A stretch of 64,000 nt of DNA, from positions 55,262 to 119,261 of the forward strand of contig QPMI01000425.1 of NCBI GenBank assembly GCA_004431415.1, written 5' to 3'. Position numbers and translations under genes: made by a program. This DNA comes from Cyanophora paradoxa CCMP329 (Eukaryota > Plantae > Glaucophyta). Shown in pieces: positions 43,201 to 55,298 of this stretch; the stretch's first letter is position 1; each line of letters begins with the position of its first letter. The notes beneath the pieces are model-generated. The model was not told the DNA's origin and did no database searches. It saw nothing but the letters and a program-made list of their open reading frames with translations.

Positions 43201-45000
43201 CCTCCCCTCTTCCGCCCTTCTCTCTCCCCCCGCCGCACACCGCGCTTCGCACGACAGGGCGAGCGCAGGAGACCTGTTTCGCGGCTGCTTCAAGGCTTCG
43301 CGGTGGAGGCTGCCAGGAAGCAGCGGCGACCGTCTATCGCGCTTGGTGCGCGCCTCGCCGTCCTCCGACGCCGCTCCGAGGGGGGGTGGGGGGGGAGGGG
43401 GGGAGGGGCTGACGCGACGTATTTGAAGGCGCGCCCCCCCCTCCCCCCCTCCCCTCCCCCTCCCCTCCACCCCTCCCCGCCGACCTCTCCTCTCTCCCGG
43501 CCCACTCCCGCCTCTGGACTGACGCCGTGCAACCTGGGCCCCGTGGCACGCCGGATGGGCGGCGGGCGGTAATCGCAGCGCCTTCACTGCAGTGAGCACA
43601 CGGGCCCACGTTCCCCATCTGGAACCCCCCTCAATTGCAGACGTGTTTGTTTTGTGATTATTGTTGTTTTTCAGCAGGAGGGCCCGGGGCGAGGCCGTCC
43701 GGCCCCACCGCATGCGCACGATCGCGAGGGATGGTTGGGGGCTAATATTACTGGGATATGCATCTGGCGCTATCAAGATCATGATATCGATCGATATTAA
43801 CATGCATATGCATATCGATTTCTTCGTTCTTCGTTTTCGTCATATAGATGGCTCAGCAGCTAGCGCTAGCTAGCTACGAGGCTGTAGCTACAGGTGGTTC
43901 CAGGGGTGCTGGCCATGCATATTGCACCTATGTCTCGATATGCACTGGCGGCATGCCCGCTCGTGTTCATGATCAGCGGCGCCGGCGGCGGAGCGCGCCG
44001 GCTTCAGTTCCAATTTCTATTTCAGTTCCCACGCATGGTATACCCCCCTTCCCATAACGGCACGTCAGCAAGCTTGTCGGCGCGCCCCTGCAGCAGGCGC
44101 GTGCGATCTGATTCAGTGACTGGTTGTCTCTCGGCACGCGTACGGCCGCCAGGCCGCGGGTGCGGCTGCAACGTAGAGGACGCGGGCAGGAATTCGAAGC
44201 AGTTACGCCGGCGGCCCGTATACGTATGCGTCTCAAGCTTTAGCTTAAGCTTTCCAACTCTGTGTGCGTGCGCCCGTATGCGTACTACGGTAAGCTTGTC
44301 GACTCGAGTCGACGTCCTTCGGCGACGGAGCCTGCCGCAGTGCTCGAGATCGCAAGCAGCTGCAGCTTCAGCACAGAAGCTTTAGTCTTCAGCGCCGGCC
44401 GCGCGGCGTCACGGCGTCTCTGCAGCGGAGGCGGTTGAGAAGTAGTAGGTGCCCAACGTTGACTTTCGCCGGCCGCTTGGTGCACTTTTCCCACCCTTAT
44501 AGATCGATATCTATATATACCTGCCGACGGGGGGCTGCGCGACGAGCTGAGCGCAGCCTGGCAGGCGTCTTGAATTGCAGCGCTAGCGCCGCGACCCGCG
44601 GCCGTCCGTGTCCTTGACCCTCGAGCTCAGTGCCGTGCATCCTCCCGCGCTGCCGCAGTGCGCATGCCCGCGCGCCGCGCCGCGGGCCCGACCATCACAG
44701 CTCATTCGAACTCACCCGTTCGGTGCGCGCCTCACCAGCCTTAAGCTTCGGTGGGGTGGATGCTGAATCGTTGATTATAATGCGGGGAAGCAGCGGCGGC
44801 CTTGTCCTATATCTGCGCAGCGTCGATGTCTTCTAGATCCTCCATGTCGACGTCGACGCCATTTGCATCACATCATCTGCATCGGACGTTCCATCATGCC
44901 ATGGCCAGTTCACCTACGGCGATGTTCATGCCTGCGCGGGTTTGTGTGATTCTGTCCCTGCTTCATGATCAGGGCCTGCAGCTGATTCTGTCGCGGGCAT

Positions 45001-48000
45001 TTGCAATCGTGCAACGCGCAGTTCTCATTCCGATGTACTGTCCTTCCGTCGTGCACTGCAAGTTTCGAACTTGAAAATGACTGGCGTTATCATATGGCGG
45101 CCGCACACGATGTTACCTTGGATAACATATTTCCGTGCGGATATTGTGGAGCTGTGCTACCAGATCGTTCAGGCTGGGAAACGCATCGGACATTACAGCA
45201 TCGCGCCACGTTCAATCGTATAGAACGGCGTGCACATGCGCAAGGTGCGAATTATGACTGCGCAAGGTGCATTCCCAGAAACTGTATGCGTATAACAATG
45301 GCTATCGATTGCAGCACGTCAAGTAATGCACCGTAACAACTTGTCCGATACTGTACGACAATCAATGACATCATGCAACGCTGGTACGTCTGCAAATTGA
45401 CAGAGGATTTCTAATCAAGACTTCGAATGAATGTTTATAAATACAGAGCGGAAAGCTGCGAGTCGCAGGCAGCTCGACCACGCAACGAAGCGTGCCCAAC
45501 AAGCGCAAAACGCAGGTATACACTATTTAATTCCAAGCGATATATACACTAACGTTTCGTTTGATTTATCGTGCAGCTCGGCAAGCAACGAATCCACTTC
45601 GCAGTGCTCAATACCAGGCACGCAGTGCCTACAATCGACGTTTTCGCCATTTGGAACAGAACACGAATTTCGACAATGTCCTCAAGAAGTGCGCACTAAA
45701 TAACTGATATCGAAAATATGCATACGTAGTCCGTCGGTCCCGGGCTGATCATGATCATAACGCTCTTTTCAGTTTTGAGCCCTGCCAGTTCTGGAACGAA
45801 ATTGGCAATCCGGTCCTTAAAGAGGCAACAAAGCTCTTTTTCCTAAAACTCTACTGTTTCCGCCGACTGTGCAGTTGTTGCACTGAGTCCCGGCGTGCCG
45901 ACAAGCTTTATCAAGTGAAGTGCAAGTGCGTCTCCGGTGAAGCCGGACACTTGTCGCTTGCACACAGCACAGATTGCCCGTGCAAGGCCACAGACGCTTG
46001 CTGTCACGCGTGTTCTGTGATGCGTCTGCATTGTATACCGGGTGCCCAAGCTGCCGTCGAGTTGTGTCATCGTTGCCACTCCTTCAAATGTTCAACTGAG
46101 CGACCGTTCTGCCCGTTCTCACGCGAGGTGGGTAAATTCGAATTTTCGCCATTCGATACCAACGTTCGCACAATGCACACTGTTTACGTGTACACAGAAT
46201 CGTGTACACTGTGTGGAGGTGGACGATCATACTCGAAATTTATTATCGGATTTGACATTTCCAGAGCTCTTGATGTGCCAGCGCGTCAACAATTACCAGG
46301 TAATATTCTTCTTAATATATATTCTGGATAGGTGTTCGTTAATCAATCTGATGCTTTAAGGCTTCAACCGCATAGTTGATCCATGTGCGTGGTCCCAAGG
46401 GGAAGAACGGGCGCAAACTGGGAGGAGGGCAACTCGGCTCCCAGGGCCGCGTGATCTTCGTGCCATGCAATCCAATCAACAACCTTAAATCGATTTTCCC
46501 ACTACCACCGAGAGGCAACGTCTGCCTGGTAAATCAGCGGAAGCCTAAAGGTGGCGAAACCTGGTACAACCGTGTCAGACTGGACAAGTGCTTTGAAGTA
46601 CTCGAGTGTCTTCGTCATACTACGAAGCACATATACTACCAGGATATCCAGTTGCGGGATCCAAACGACCCAGAGTTGATGGCAGAAATTGACAAGTGGA
46701 ATTTGGGGACAACAGACAATGTCATTAATCCTCGTGATGTCGACGAGTCAGACAGTGATGACTCGGACCGTGATGGTCCAGACTCTACTCCTATGAACCG
46801 TCCAATATGTCCTTCAGTCGCGGTCAATTTGAAAGGGACTTCTCTCAGCACGCTTCCTGTCAACTCTGGACGCATAATACGTGCTCATTCGCCAGAAGCC
46901 GATGTGTGTTCATTTTTGTCTGTTTATCCAACAGGTGCAAAGCATTCCAGACGACCACTAGCACTCTTAAGCTTTCAGATCCTGATTGGTGCTTTACAGG
47001 AACACATGGGTTACATGATCCAGCAAGACCTATCCCGCTATCTGCTCGTGAATTCTTTTCACACAGATGCCTTGCATCTTCATCAGCGCCCTTCCAGCGT
47101 GATCCAGCCGCTCTCCTGAATTCTGTTTCGATCATTTTGGATGATGATGCATGGCGTGGATTTAACTTTGTGCGAGACCACATCGTCAACCCATCTTCCC
47201 GCGACATCCTTGCGGCACACGAACTGCACGAGGGTGAGGCATTGACGGTGGCAGAAGCGCTCAAGCTCCTTGACTGCATTGTGGACGACTATTCACTCGA
47301 CGCTCTAACCATCCGCAACCGTTGTTATCGCACGATGACCCGAAATGTTCGTGTTGGCTCGTGCTGTTTTAATGTGCTTTGAATATTGAATCGCGTGCGG
47401 GCACAGGTGCGCGGAACTGCAGCGTATTGGACCTCTGCAAAAAATAAACTTCACAGCATGTTCACGACAGTGGGCTTCCCCCATATTTACATGACGCTCT
47501 CCAGCGATGATCTTCACTGGCCTGACCTCCTCCGGGCAATTGATCCAGTCAAATTTCAGAGCAGCTCCGACGTCCTTGAATTCACGAAGAATCGGGACGC
47601 TGTGGTTAAACTGCTGAACGACAACCCAGGGATTGTGGCTGAGCATTTCGACGAGCGAATTCGTGCAATGCTGGATTTATTCCAATCCGACGCTGGCGAG
47701 GTCTTGTTTGGTTGGCCCGTTGTCGACTTCTTTATCCGGTGCGCATTTGATGTCGCTGGCGCTTATAATTAATTTAAATTCCCATATTCGTGGCTGCCTT
47801 AATCGATTATAATTTATGCTCGCATACGTAGGTACGAAGTCCAGAGCCGCGGATCTTTGCATGCACATCTTGTGTTGTGGCTGGGAGAGCGGACTCGTGA
47901 TGGTGTTGTTTCTCCTCCTCCAAACTTGGACCCAGAGGATCCTGCGTTCAATGCCGAGCAAGTTTGTGCATGGCTTGATATGGTTGTCAAGACAGAGGTG

Positions 48001-48623
48001 CGTCTATTGCTATACATATAATTAGAAATTAAGAAATCTATTTTTGAACCCCCTCCCTATGGACAGCAACCTCGCACGGATGGGCCATTCGCACAACCAT
48101 GGGCTACCCGGCGACTGGAGGACTACGTTGCACGCTTCAATCGACACAGGCACTCCCACACATGTCAGATCGATCCTGCGGCATCATTCAAGTACCGTCG
48201 GCAACGTAAACTCCCTACTGTCGATGAGAATGCAGAGCTTCACGACCCGCTCCCCGAATCAGCACGCAACAATGTCCTTGAAGACCAGCTGGCTGCTATG
48301 GAGAAAGCAGCTCCAGCCGAGCATATTGCGCGTTCAGCACGGATCGCAAGATTTATGGCAGAGTACAAGGAACGCTGTAAATGTCGCTTTGGGTTTCCAC
48401 AGGTTTTCGCTTCGAAGACTCATCTACGAAGTTCCCACGAGGAACGGTTTCTGTGTCGTGGTGACAAGGAGGTCATCTTCATGCGGCACACGCAGGAAGA
48501 CAGGTACACCAACAATTTTCACGACATTATTATACAGCTCTGGCAAGCAAACATGGACATTCAAGTGGTTACCAACCCCTACAAGATTGCGTCCTACATC
48601 CTGGGCTACATGACAAAGGATGA
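45001..48623 (+). mobile_element. Helitron/Helentron Rep(-helicase) gene, intron-containing, truncated by element B
   Basis: Two C2H2 fingers; DUF6570-like GQLGSQGRVIFVP...VRLDKCFEVL; VRGTAAYW...GFPHIYMTLSSDDLHWPDL; spliced HUH motif FFIR/YEVQSRGSLHAHLVLW (intron 47739-47831); CRFGFP; WQANMDIQ...YILGYMTKDE. The 5' boundary is approximate. Confidence 0.88.
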
Positions 48624-48708
48624 ACACATATGTATAAACTTATTTAAATCCCTCCGCTTCGCGCTTCGCGCTCCGCTCCTGGATTTAAATAAGTTTATAC
48701 ATATGTGT
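48624..48708. other. Terminal hairpin: perfect 28-bp stem with a 29-nt GC-rich loop
   Basis: ACACATATGTATAAACTTATTTAAATCC (48624-48651) pairs with GGATTTAAATAAGTTTATACATATGTGT (48681-48708). Confidence 0.92.
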
Positions 48709-49032
48709 CAAAATTAATACTAAAATACGTATTTATCGATTAAATTCTTTAACTTTTTATGCAAACTTTGTATAAATTAATGCAAACTTTGTATTAAAAA
48801 TGAAAAACGCGTTTAACTTTATGCATATTTACGATTGAATCAATTGATCTTATATCGATTGATTATGTTCTTTGTCGATTACATATAAAACTGCGATTAA
48901 TTTGCATTAAACTACTTAAAGATCGATATAATCGCGATTAAATTGCATAAATTCGCATAAACTCGATATATCTCTCTGGTATTGAAGTAGACCACCGCCC
49001 ATTCTGTATCGAAAAACGCAAAAAATGTCCCA

Positions 49033-49280
49033 GAGTTGCATTGTGTCCAATTGAACAATCGATGAGATTGCTGATGTACATTTTTGCACCGAAAAAGTGT
49101 CACAGAGTTGCATTATCTCCAATTAAACAATCGATTAGATTGCGGGATTTTCTATTGGAATATATCGGAACTGCATTATGTCCAATTAAACAATCGATGA
49201 GATTGCGGATGCATATTTTAGATCGAAAAAGTGTCACAGAGTTGCATGGTCTCCAATTGAACAATCGATTAGATTGCATA
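49033..49280. repeat. 4 degenerate ~64-72-bp sub-terminal repeats
   Basis: TGCAT(T/G)..TCCAATT(G/A)AACAATCGAT(G/T)AGATTGC four times. Confidence 0.85.
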
Positions 49281-49390
49281 TGTTCTATAAAACAGAATAA
49301 ATGAATTCAAGTGTGACAGGTAGTATTCAAATGATATTCAGTAAGAGATAGTTTTGTTTTTGAGAAAGTCAGTAAGAGGGGTGGAATGTC

Positions 49391-49826
49391 TGTGACGCCT
49401 GTGACGGCTGTGACGCCTGTTTTCAGAAGTCTGTCATTTTTGAAAATTTTAAAAAGTTTGAAAGTAGGTGTCACAGGCGTCACAGGCGTCACACTCAATT
49501 AAATTAGGTGTCACAGCGAAATTGCAGACGATATCCAGTAAGACAACTTCGCATTTTCAAAAAGGTTGATTAATGGATAGTGTTTTGTAGGTGTCAGAGG
49601 TGTCACAAGACGGATTTCAGTAAGACAAGAATATATTCTCGAAAATCTCAGTAAGAGAAAGAGATTCCATTTTTAATTGGGTGTGACGCCTGTGACGGCT
49701 GTGACGGCTGTTTTCAGAAGTCTGTCATTTTTGAAAATTTTAAAAAGTTTGAAAGTAGGCGTCACAGGCGTCACAGGCGTCACAGTCAATTAAAGAGGCG
49801 TCACAGTCAATTAAATAGGTGTCACA
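49391..49826. promoter_or_regulatory. Two copies of an iteron-like palindromic module (putative replication origin)
   Basis: Three 9-bp TGTGACG(C/G)C units, a ~50-bp AT-rich spacer, then inverted GG(C/T)GTCACA units; at ~49391-49492 and ~49682-49783. Confidence 0.6.
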
Positions 49827-50028
49827 CCCGATTATCTGACCATTTTCAGTAAGACCATCTGAAATTCTGAATTTCTCAGTGTCAACTAACTCGGAAATCG
49901 CAATACTCTATGTTTCTCCGATTTCTCCAACCCTGAAAACACACCTGTTATTCTCTCATCTATCTCATGAGATACTCTCGTTTCGCCAAAAATTGACAAA
50001 CGATTTCCCATCATGCTGTAAAGGAAAC

Positions 50029-50283
50029 ATGCCGATTAACCAGCAGTATTACAATTACTATGGGCATTACTTCTTGATTGTCAAGAAACTCCCAGAGCAT
50101 TATGAGATCTTCCAAGAGATGGGATTGCGAATTACAAGGAGATCAACCCTTTGTAGATTCTTGAAAAAGAATGGTGCTAAATGGGATAAGACAATTCGCC
50201 AATGGTATACAGAAGATCCCAAGAGTCCCTTACTTGATATTTTCGAAACAGTGAATTTGGATCAGTTTAATCATTTCCGATAG
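50029..50283 (+). CDS. Small DUF5710-like protein
   Basis: LKKNGAKWDKTIRQWY motif; ATG at 50029 preceded by AAAATTGA at 49989. Confidence 0.55.
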   Translation: MPINQQYYNYYGHYFLIVKKLPEHYEIFQEMGLRITRRSTLCRFLKKNGAKWDKTIRQWYTEDPKSPLLDIFETVNLDQFNHFR

Positions 50284-51199
50284 CCAGAAACTCCAACTGG
50301 AATGAGTTGTCAATCCCATTCATATCTACAAGATCACCATAATAATCGCGAAACTCAACTGTTAACTCTCTAATCACCAGGTTTCGATCGGTTATTTTTA
50401 TGTATTCACTGTGCTCTCCACTGTGATAAACATACTGCCCAATATCTTTACTTAACTGCAATCTGAGAATCGCCCCTTGATTCTGTGGTTGAGATTGTGG
50501 GACAATATTGTGGTTTGTAGCAAATGGGGAGAGTTCTTTAATGTGCATGTACAAGTACTGTTCTGCATTCATATCTGTCATCTTGGCTGCTTCTAACTTG
50601 TAGTTTAAGCGAGATGCCTCGAATTCATATCCTGTGAATGTTATTCCCCATTGGGGATGGTTTGGGGTGATTGGTACTCCTGCAAAATATAGGAAATTCT
50701 CTGGGGCATATAAAGACCTTGCAGACTCTGGGAAATCGTAGGTTTGCTCAATTGAAGCGACCCAATCAACAGAACTCACCCCAAGAAGTTTACCCAATCG
50801 CTGTGTAGATGCTACCAATTCGAATTGAACATTACTGTAAAACTCCAACTTGTAGGAGGTAGGATTGTAGTAGACCTTGAATGCATATGTGAGATTGTTG
50901 CTCCCAGTAAAGGTGAAATTCAGACCATAATTATATGGACTGGTGACCCCGAAATGCCCTTGATTAATATAACCACTTGGGAGAAGGAAGACCTGTTTGG
51001 TTTCAGAGATGCCTTGGTAGAAGAATCTGACAAGAAGGTGGTCTGTTCCAATGGAATTATAGATGCTGTTGGGGATCTCTGCATACAAAACTCGACATTC
51101 TCTTGGTTTGGTCACTGGGGTTGTGAGTGAAACTTTGTAGGAGTTTTCTATTTGTCCATCTGATCGGTCTCTGCTATCTATATTGACCAGCCGAATCAT
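50267..51199 (-). CDS. Minor capsid (penton-like) protein, counterpart of 22767..23741
   Basis: NIDSRDRS...AEIPNSIY...LTVEFRDYYGDLVDMNGIDNSFQLEF. Confidence 0.85.
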   Translation of the reverse strand: MIRLVNIDSRDRSDGQIENSYKVSLTTPVTKPRECRVLYAEIPNSIYNSIGTDHLLVRFFYQGISETKQVFLLPSGYINQGHFGVTSPYNYGLNFTFTGSNNLTYAFKVYYNPTSYKLEFYSNVQFELVASTQRLGKLLGVSSVDWVASIEQTYDFPESARSLYAPENFLYFAGVPITPNHPQWGITFTGYEFEASRLNYKLEAAKMTDMNAEQYLYMHIKELSPFATNHNIVPQSQPQNQGAILRLQLSKDIGQYVYHSGEHSEYIKITDRNLVIRELTVEFRDYYGDLVDMNGIDNSFQLEFLAIGND

Positions 51200-51227
51200 T
51201 TTAATATATGTTTATAGATAAAAGAAG

Positions 51228-52238
51228 ATGCCTGTGGATTACATCGAAGTGAGCTCTTTCAATACAATTTCGGGAGATGGACCAACTTCGAGTTTTATTG
51301 CTCGCCTCCCTAGCACCTATGAATTTGTGAGAGCAGTAAGACTGGTTTCAGCAGAATTCTATAACAGCATTCCCATGGTGAGTGGTGAAACCAAAGTAGG
51401 AGATGTGACAATAGATAATGCAATCTACCTTTATTGGTCTGAATATTATTCTGGTGCAGGAAGCACTGGTATTCCAACTGATCGACCTGCTGCCGATTAT
51501 GAGCAATGGAAGCACATTGTGATAAGTCGCAGCACACCCATTCAAAACCACCAACAACTGGTGAATGTAATTAACTCCAAACTTGCATTGAGAGAGCCAC
51601 CAGTAGCAATTCGCTGTAAATGGGATGATACACTGAAACGAGTAATATTCCATTCCACCATACCGTTTTACCTGGCTTTCTCAACTGCAATAAACCCAAC
51701 CCAGGCGCAGATTCAGAGGTTTTTGAGTTCTGCTCGACTGCTTGGTCTTGATCCTGGGAGATATGGTAACACCCCAATCCAATCACAAGTTTATAATACT
51801 CTGACTGATGGTATCTTTACTGGGTCGATGGTGCATGGTATCATATCTTCATTTGAACCTGAAAAGACCAGGGATAGTGTTCTGTTTGTGAGAGTAAAGG
51901 AGTTGGGTGATCTGGTTCAATGTGGTGATGGTCTCCTCACTGGATATTTCCACAAAATCGTTGTTCCAGATAAAGATTATGGTGAGCATGTCGTTTATAA
52001 TTCGACAGAAGCCCATCCGATTTATAAATACTATAACAAGAATCTGGGACTTTCCACATTTTCGGTTGATATTGTGAATGCAGTTAATGAACCAATTGAT
52101 TTCGAGGGTCAACCTGTCCACCTCACCTTCGAAATTCGATATGGTGATGAACCTGCTGGTGATCCTGTGTACGAATACTTCAAGAGGAGAATGGCGGAAA
52201 CACATCCATCTTATCCTGTTATTGCGAATTTTGCGTAA
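51228..52238 (+). CDS. Minor capsid (penton-like) protein, counterpart of 21453..22739
   Basis: YIEVSS...LP...VRAVRLVSAEFYNSIP; FSVDIVN...LTFEI. Confidence 0.8.
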   Translation: MPVDYIEVSSFNTISGDGPTSSFIARLPSTYEFVRAVRLVSAEFYNSIPMVSGETKVGDVTIDNAIYLYWSEYYSGAGSTGIPTDRPAADYEQWKHIVISRSTPIQNHQQLVNVINSKLALREPPVAIRCKWDDTLKRVIFHSTIPFYLAFSTAINPTQAQIQRFLSSARLLGLDPGRYGNTPIQSQVYNTLTDGIFTGSMVHGIISSFEPEKTRDSVLFVRVKELGDLVQCGDGLLTGYFHKIVVPDKDYGEHVVYNSTEAHPIYKYYNKNLGLSTFSVDIVNAVNEPIDFEGQPVHLTFEIRYGDEPAGDPVYEYFKRRMAETHPSYPVIANFA

Positions 52239-52292
52239 AATCAAGGATCATTGGTGAATTTTTTATGTTGCAGTATAATAAAAGAGATAATC

Positions 52293-53666
52293 ATGGATAT
52301 TACTTCGACCCTCCAACGTCTTTCTCTGAAAGAAGCTCTAACAACCCCGGAAGAAGCCAAGGCGTTCTTCTTGGACAACTCTCTCATGCTTGGTCTTGAA
52401 TCCAAGTCGAAGCCAGTTCTTGTTGTTGTGAACCCAAGCAACACTTTCGAGAATAATGCTGGAAATCGCATTTCTTTCAAGCTCCCTCGCTACAATTTCT
52501 GTGGAAAACTCGAACTTGCGTTTGACCTTCCAGCTGTCACTTTTGCTGGTGATACCGACCTTGTTCGCAATGGATACGTTCGCCCAGTTGGTGCTCTTGT
52601 CTCTCGACTTGAAATTACCTATGGATCTTACACCTTCCATGTGCCTTCTGATTTCCTCGCTCATTTCCCTCTTATCTATTACAGTGAGGATCAACTCGCC
52701 AAGAAGAAGCGTTCAATGGGAATGGTTCATGGTATCCCTGCCCATGGAACCAACCGACTTGGTGGGTCATTTTTCACTGAAATCCCAGTCCCATGGCTAA
52801 ACCACTACCTACCTCTTGGTGCTCTCTCAGGAGAAATGGTGGTAACTGTCTGGTTCAAGGATGCTGGAAAGGGTTATGTTGAGACTTCTTATGGTGGTCG
52901 TGCTCTTCCTGTTGTTGGTGGAACAGCTGCTGATAAGACAGAGGATGATGGACTTGGTGCTACTGCTAATGCTACTCTTGCCCATGTTGGTCAACAAATC
53001 ACCACTTTTGGAATTGGTGCAACAACAACCCCCGAAATTAAAGTCACTTCTCCTCGTCTTTACATGCATGCTATTAATGTTTCTGATGAACTGTTTGCTA
53101 CTGTCATTGAGAAGGTGAAGACCACTGGTATGGCTATTCCTGCTCTGGATATTGGTTTTGTAGACAGTGTCAATTTTGCTGCAAAAGGCAATGCTCAACC
53201 AAATCGTATTAACCTGTCACAGATCTCTGGTCTTGTCTATGGTCTTCTTGTTTCAGTTCGTGATGCCGCAGGTATTGATGGTTTCAATGGTTCCCACAGT
53301 GTCCTAAAAACGCATGCTAACTCAAAAGACATTACTTTCACTGTTGAAATTAATGGTCAACGTCTCTATGCTACTGAGCCCATCCCTCTCCTCAAAGGTG
53401 CCGAATTAATTGCGGATGCCTTCAAGTGCTCAAATATGGACAAGGTTGCAGACAAATATGTCCTCAGTGGTCTACCATTCTGTGTTGATGGAGAGAAAGC
53501 GATTCGCAACATTGCCCAGTCTGGCTATGTTGATCTCACGAACTCCTCCTCTTCTTTCCTTACTCTATACATGCCTTCTGACCAGACAATCACAGTTAAT
53601 GTTCGTGCTCTCATGCACAGTTTCATTATTGTTGACAAAGATGGTCTTCGTCGCATTAATCTGTAA
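52293..53666 (+). CDS. Putative double jelly-roll major capsid protein
   Basis: Homologous to 19972..21420 (MDITSTLQRLSLK vs MDPTTSLSRLTLK); same gene context. Confidence 0.78.
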   Translation: MDITSTLQRLSLKEALTTPEEAKAFFLDNSLMLGLESKSKPVLVVVNPSNTFENNAGNRISFKLPRYNFCGKLELAFDLPAVTFAGDTDLVRNGYVRPVGALVSRLEITYGSYTFHVPSDFLAHFPLIYYSEDQLAKKKRSMGMVHGIPAHGTNRLGGSFFTEIPVPWLNHYLPLGALSGEMVVTVWFKDAGKGYVETSYGGRALPVVGGTAADKTEDDGLGATANATLAHVGQQITTFGIGATTTPEIKVTSPRLYMHAINVSDELFATVIEKVKTTGMAIPALDIGFVDSVNFAAKGNAQPNRINLSQISGLVYGLLVSVRDAAGIDGFNGSHSVLKTHANSKDITFTVEINGQRLYATEPIPLLKGAELIADAFKCSNMDKVADKYVLSGLPFCVDGEKAIRNIAQSGYVDLTNSSSSFLTLYMPSDQTITVNVRALMHSFIIVDKDGLRRINL

Positions 53667-53728
53667 AACCATTATCAGTAACGTTTCGTTATTTTTATCT
53701 ATCTTTAATAAGAAAGATCTACAAAGCC

Positions 53729-54485
53729 ATGTCTGACGTTCCCGAATTTAATGCTGCTGAGATGATTAAACCCCTTTTCGCGTATTAGCAATCGGAAAAA
53801 GCGCGACGGGCAAGTCAGAAGCCGTAAAATATTGGCTAAAACAACTTCACGATGCGAAAAAGTTAGATGTTGTTCTTGTTATAAGTGGACATCATTCAAT
53901 CATTTTTGGGATGATGTCGCAACATTACAGCTCGGTAAATGGGATGCGCCTTACATCGCTAAACTTCTCGATGAAAGACAAGAGAAAATTGAGAAAGGAG
54001 AACCCGTTAATCAATTATGTGTTGTTCTCGATGATCTTATAGACAATGAGATTGTAGACCTTACCCGTGATAAAATTATTGGATCTCTGTATTCGCGCGG
54101 CCGCCACTCGGCGATTACAATTTTCTGCATAACTCAGAAACTGCGTAAGGTTTCTTCAACCATTCGCGTCAATTCGGATTATGCAATGTTCCTCAGTGCC
54201 GCCAATCGCAAAGAACTGGAAGCCATTGAAGAAGAATACAATATCATGCGGGATAAAGACGCTTTCTATAAGATGTTTGAGGAATACGTTCACTCCTATC
54301 AGTTTCTCATTTGGAGTTCTGCGAATTATTCGGTGGAATACTACGTTGATAAAGCGGAACTCGTTAAAGACTTTAAGTTTCCTCGGTTCCACAGGAAGCC
54401 CAAAAAGAAAGAGGACGAATTACCACCTCCACAGAAAGAGGAAGCCCCAAAGAGGTCAAGAGTGGTGTTCATTCGAATAAACTGA
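53729..54485 (+). CDS. A32-like packaging ATPase with two apparent frameshifts near the 5' end
   Basis: MSDVPEF start; IGKSATGKS (Walker A) in a second frame; VVLDD, GRH, TQKL and IRVNSDY in ORF 53832..54485. Confidence 0.85.
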
Positions 54486-54536
54486 TGCGATATAAGAGAG
54501 GTTTATAAAATAATCTCTGCTTCTAATAAATATACA

Positions 54537-55271
54537 ATGCCTTCCAAACGCAAAGTTGGTGTTCCTGCTGGTGCTATGTCATATTCTGCATCCTCTGGAA
54601 CCGGTTCTATTAACACAGAGCCCATGAAATTCAATGGTGTCAATGAAGTTAAAGCATCACAGCAACAAGAAGATCCCCTCAATGCTGCTTACGAAGAATC
54701 ACCAGATGATAAAGCTCCCCAAGCTTCCACAAGTGACCAGTTGAATATTTCGCCCGAAACCTCTAAGATGAAGGCAGTTGGTGAAGGTGCTCGTCGAATT
54801 ATTGGTGCTGCTGATGACAAAGGACTGGGTCTCCAAGATCTGTCCCTTGCTCGCAAAGGTGAAGGTGTATCCAAAGAATCAGACAAGGTAATTCAATCCA
54901 TGGCTGGTGAGGTAACCTACAAGGTCGCACCTACACAGAATATCCATCGAATTCCCAAAGCCCAATGGGACGAAATGACTGCGAAACTTAAAGATCTGGA
55001 AGCGAAATCCAGTGCTCTTGAACAGTATGTCTCTGAGAAGAAAGAGAGAGCGAAATTAAAGGAGATGCTGCGAAAGGAGGTGTATAGAATGGGAATCACT
55101 GGTCTCCCAGATAAGCAATTCATTGGTAAGAAAGAGACTCAAATTGATGAGCAGGCAGTTGATGAGATGAAGACCAAAACCCAAAAGGGCACCATTGAAC
55201 CTGGTGCTACCAAATCAGAGGTCGATAAAGGTGTTGCCCCAACAGTATATAAACGACGAGTATGGCTTTAA
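54537..55271 (+). CDS. Conserved hypothetical coiled-coil protein
   Basis: Homologous to and syntenic with 18319..18990. Confidence 0.7.
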   Translation: MPSKRKVGVPAGAMSYSASSGTGSINTEPMKFNGVNEVKASQQQEDPLNAAYEESPDDKAPQASTSDQLNISPETSKMKAVGEGARRIIGAADDKGLGLQDLSLARKGEGVSKESDKVIQSMAGEVTYKVAPTQNIHRIPKAQWDEMTAKLKDLEAKSSALEQYVSEKKERAKLKEMLRKEVYRMGITGLPDKQFIGKKETQIDEQAVDEMKTKTQKGTIEPGATKSEVDKGVAPTVYKRRVWL

Positions 55272-55298
55272 TTATCTCGCATTAAGAGAGAGAGCATC

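Noticed and set aside
40404-43803. Long Pro/Gly/Arg-rich ORFs (up to 620 aa)
   Set aside because: Stop-poor GC minisatellite open in multiple frames on both strands.
53729-53900. Programmed ribosomal frameshifting in the element B ATPase
   Set aside because: Two shifts are needed, the homologue in A is uninterrupted, and indels are frequent elsewhere in B.
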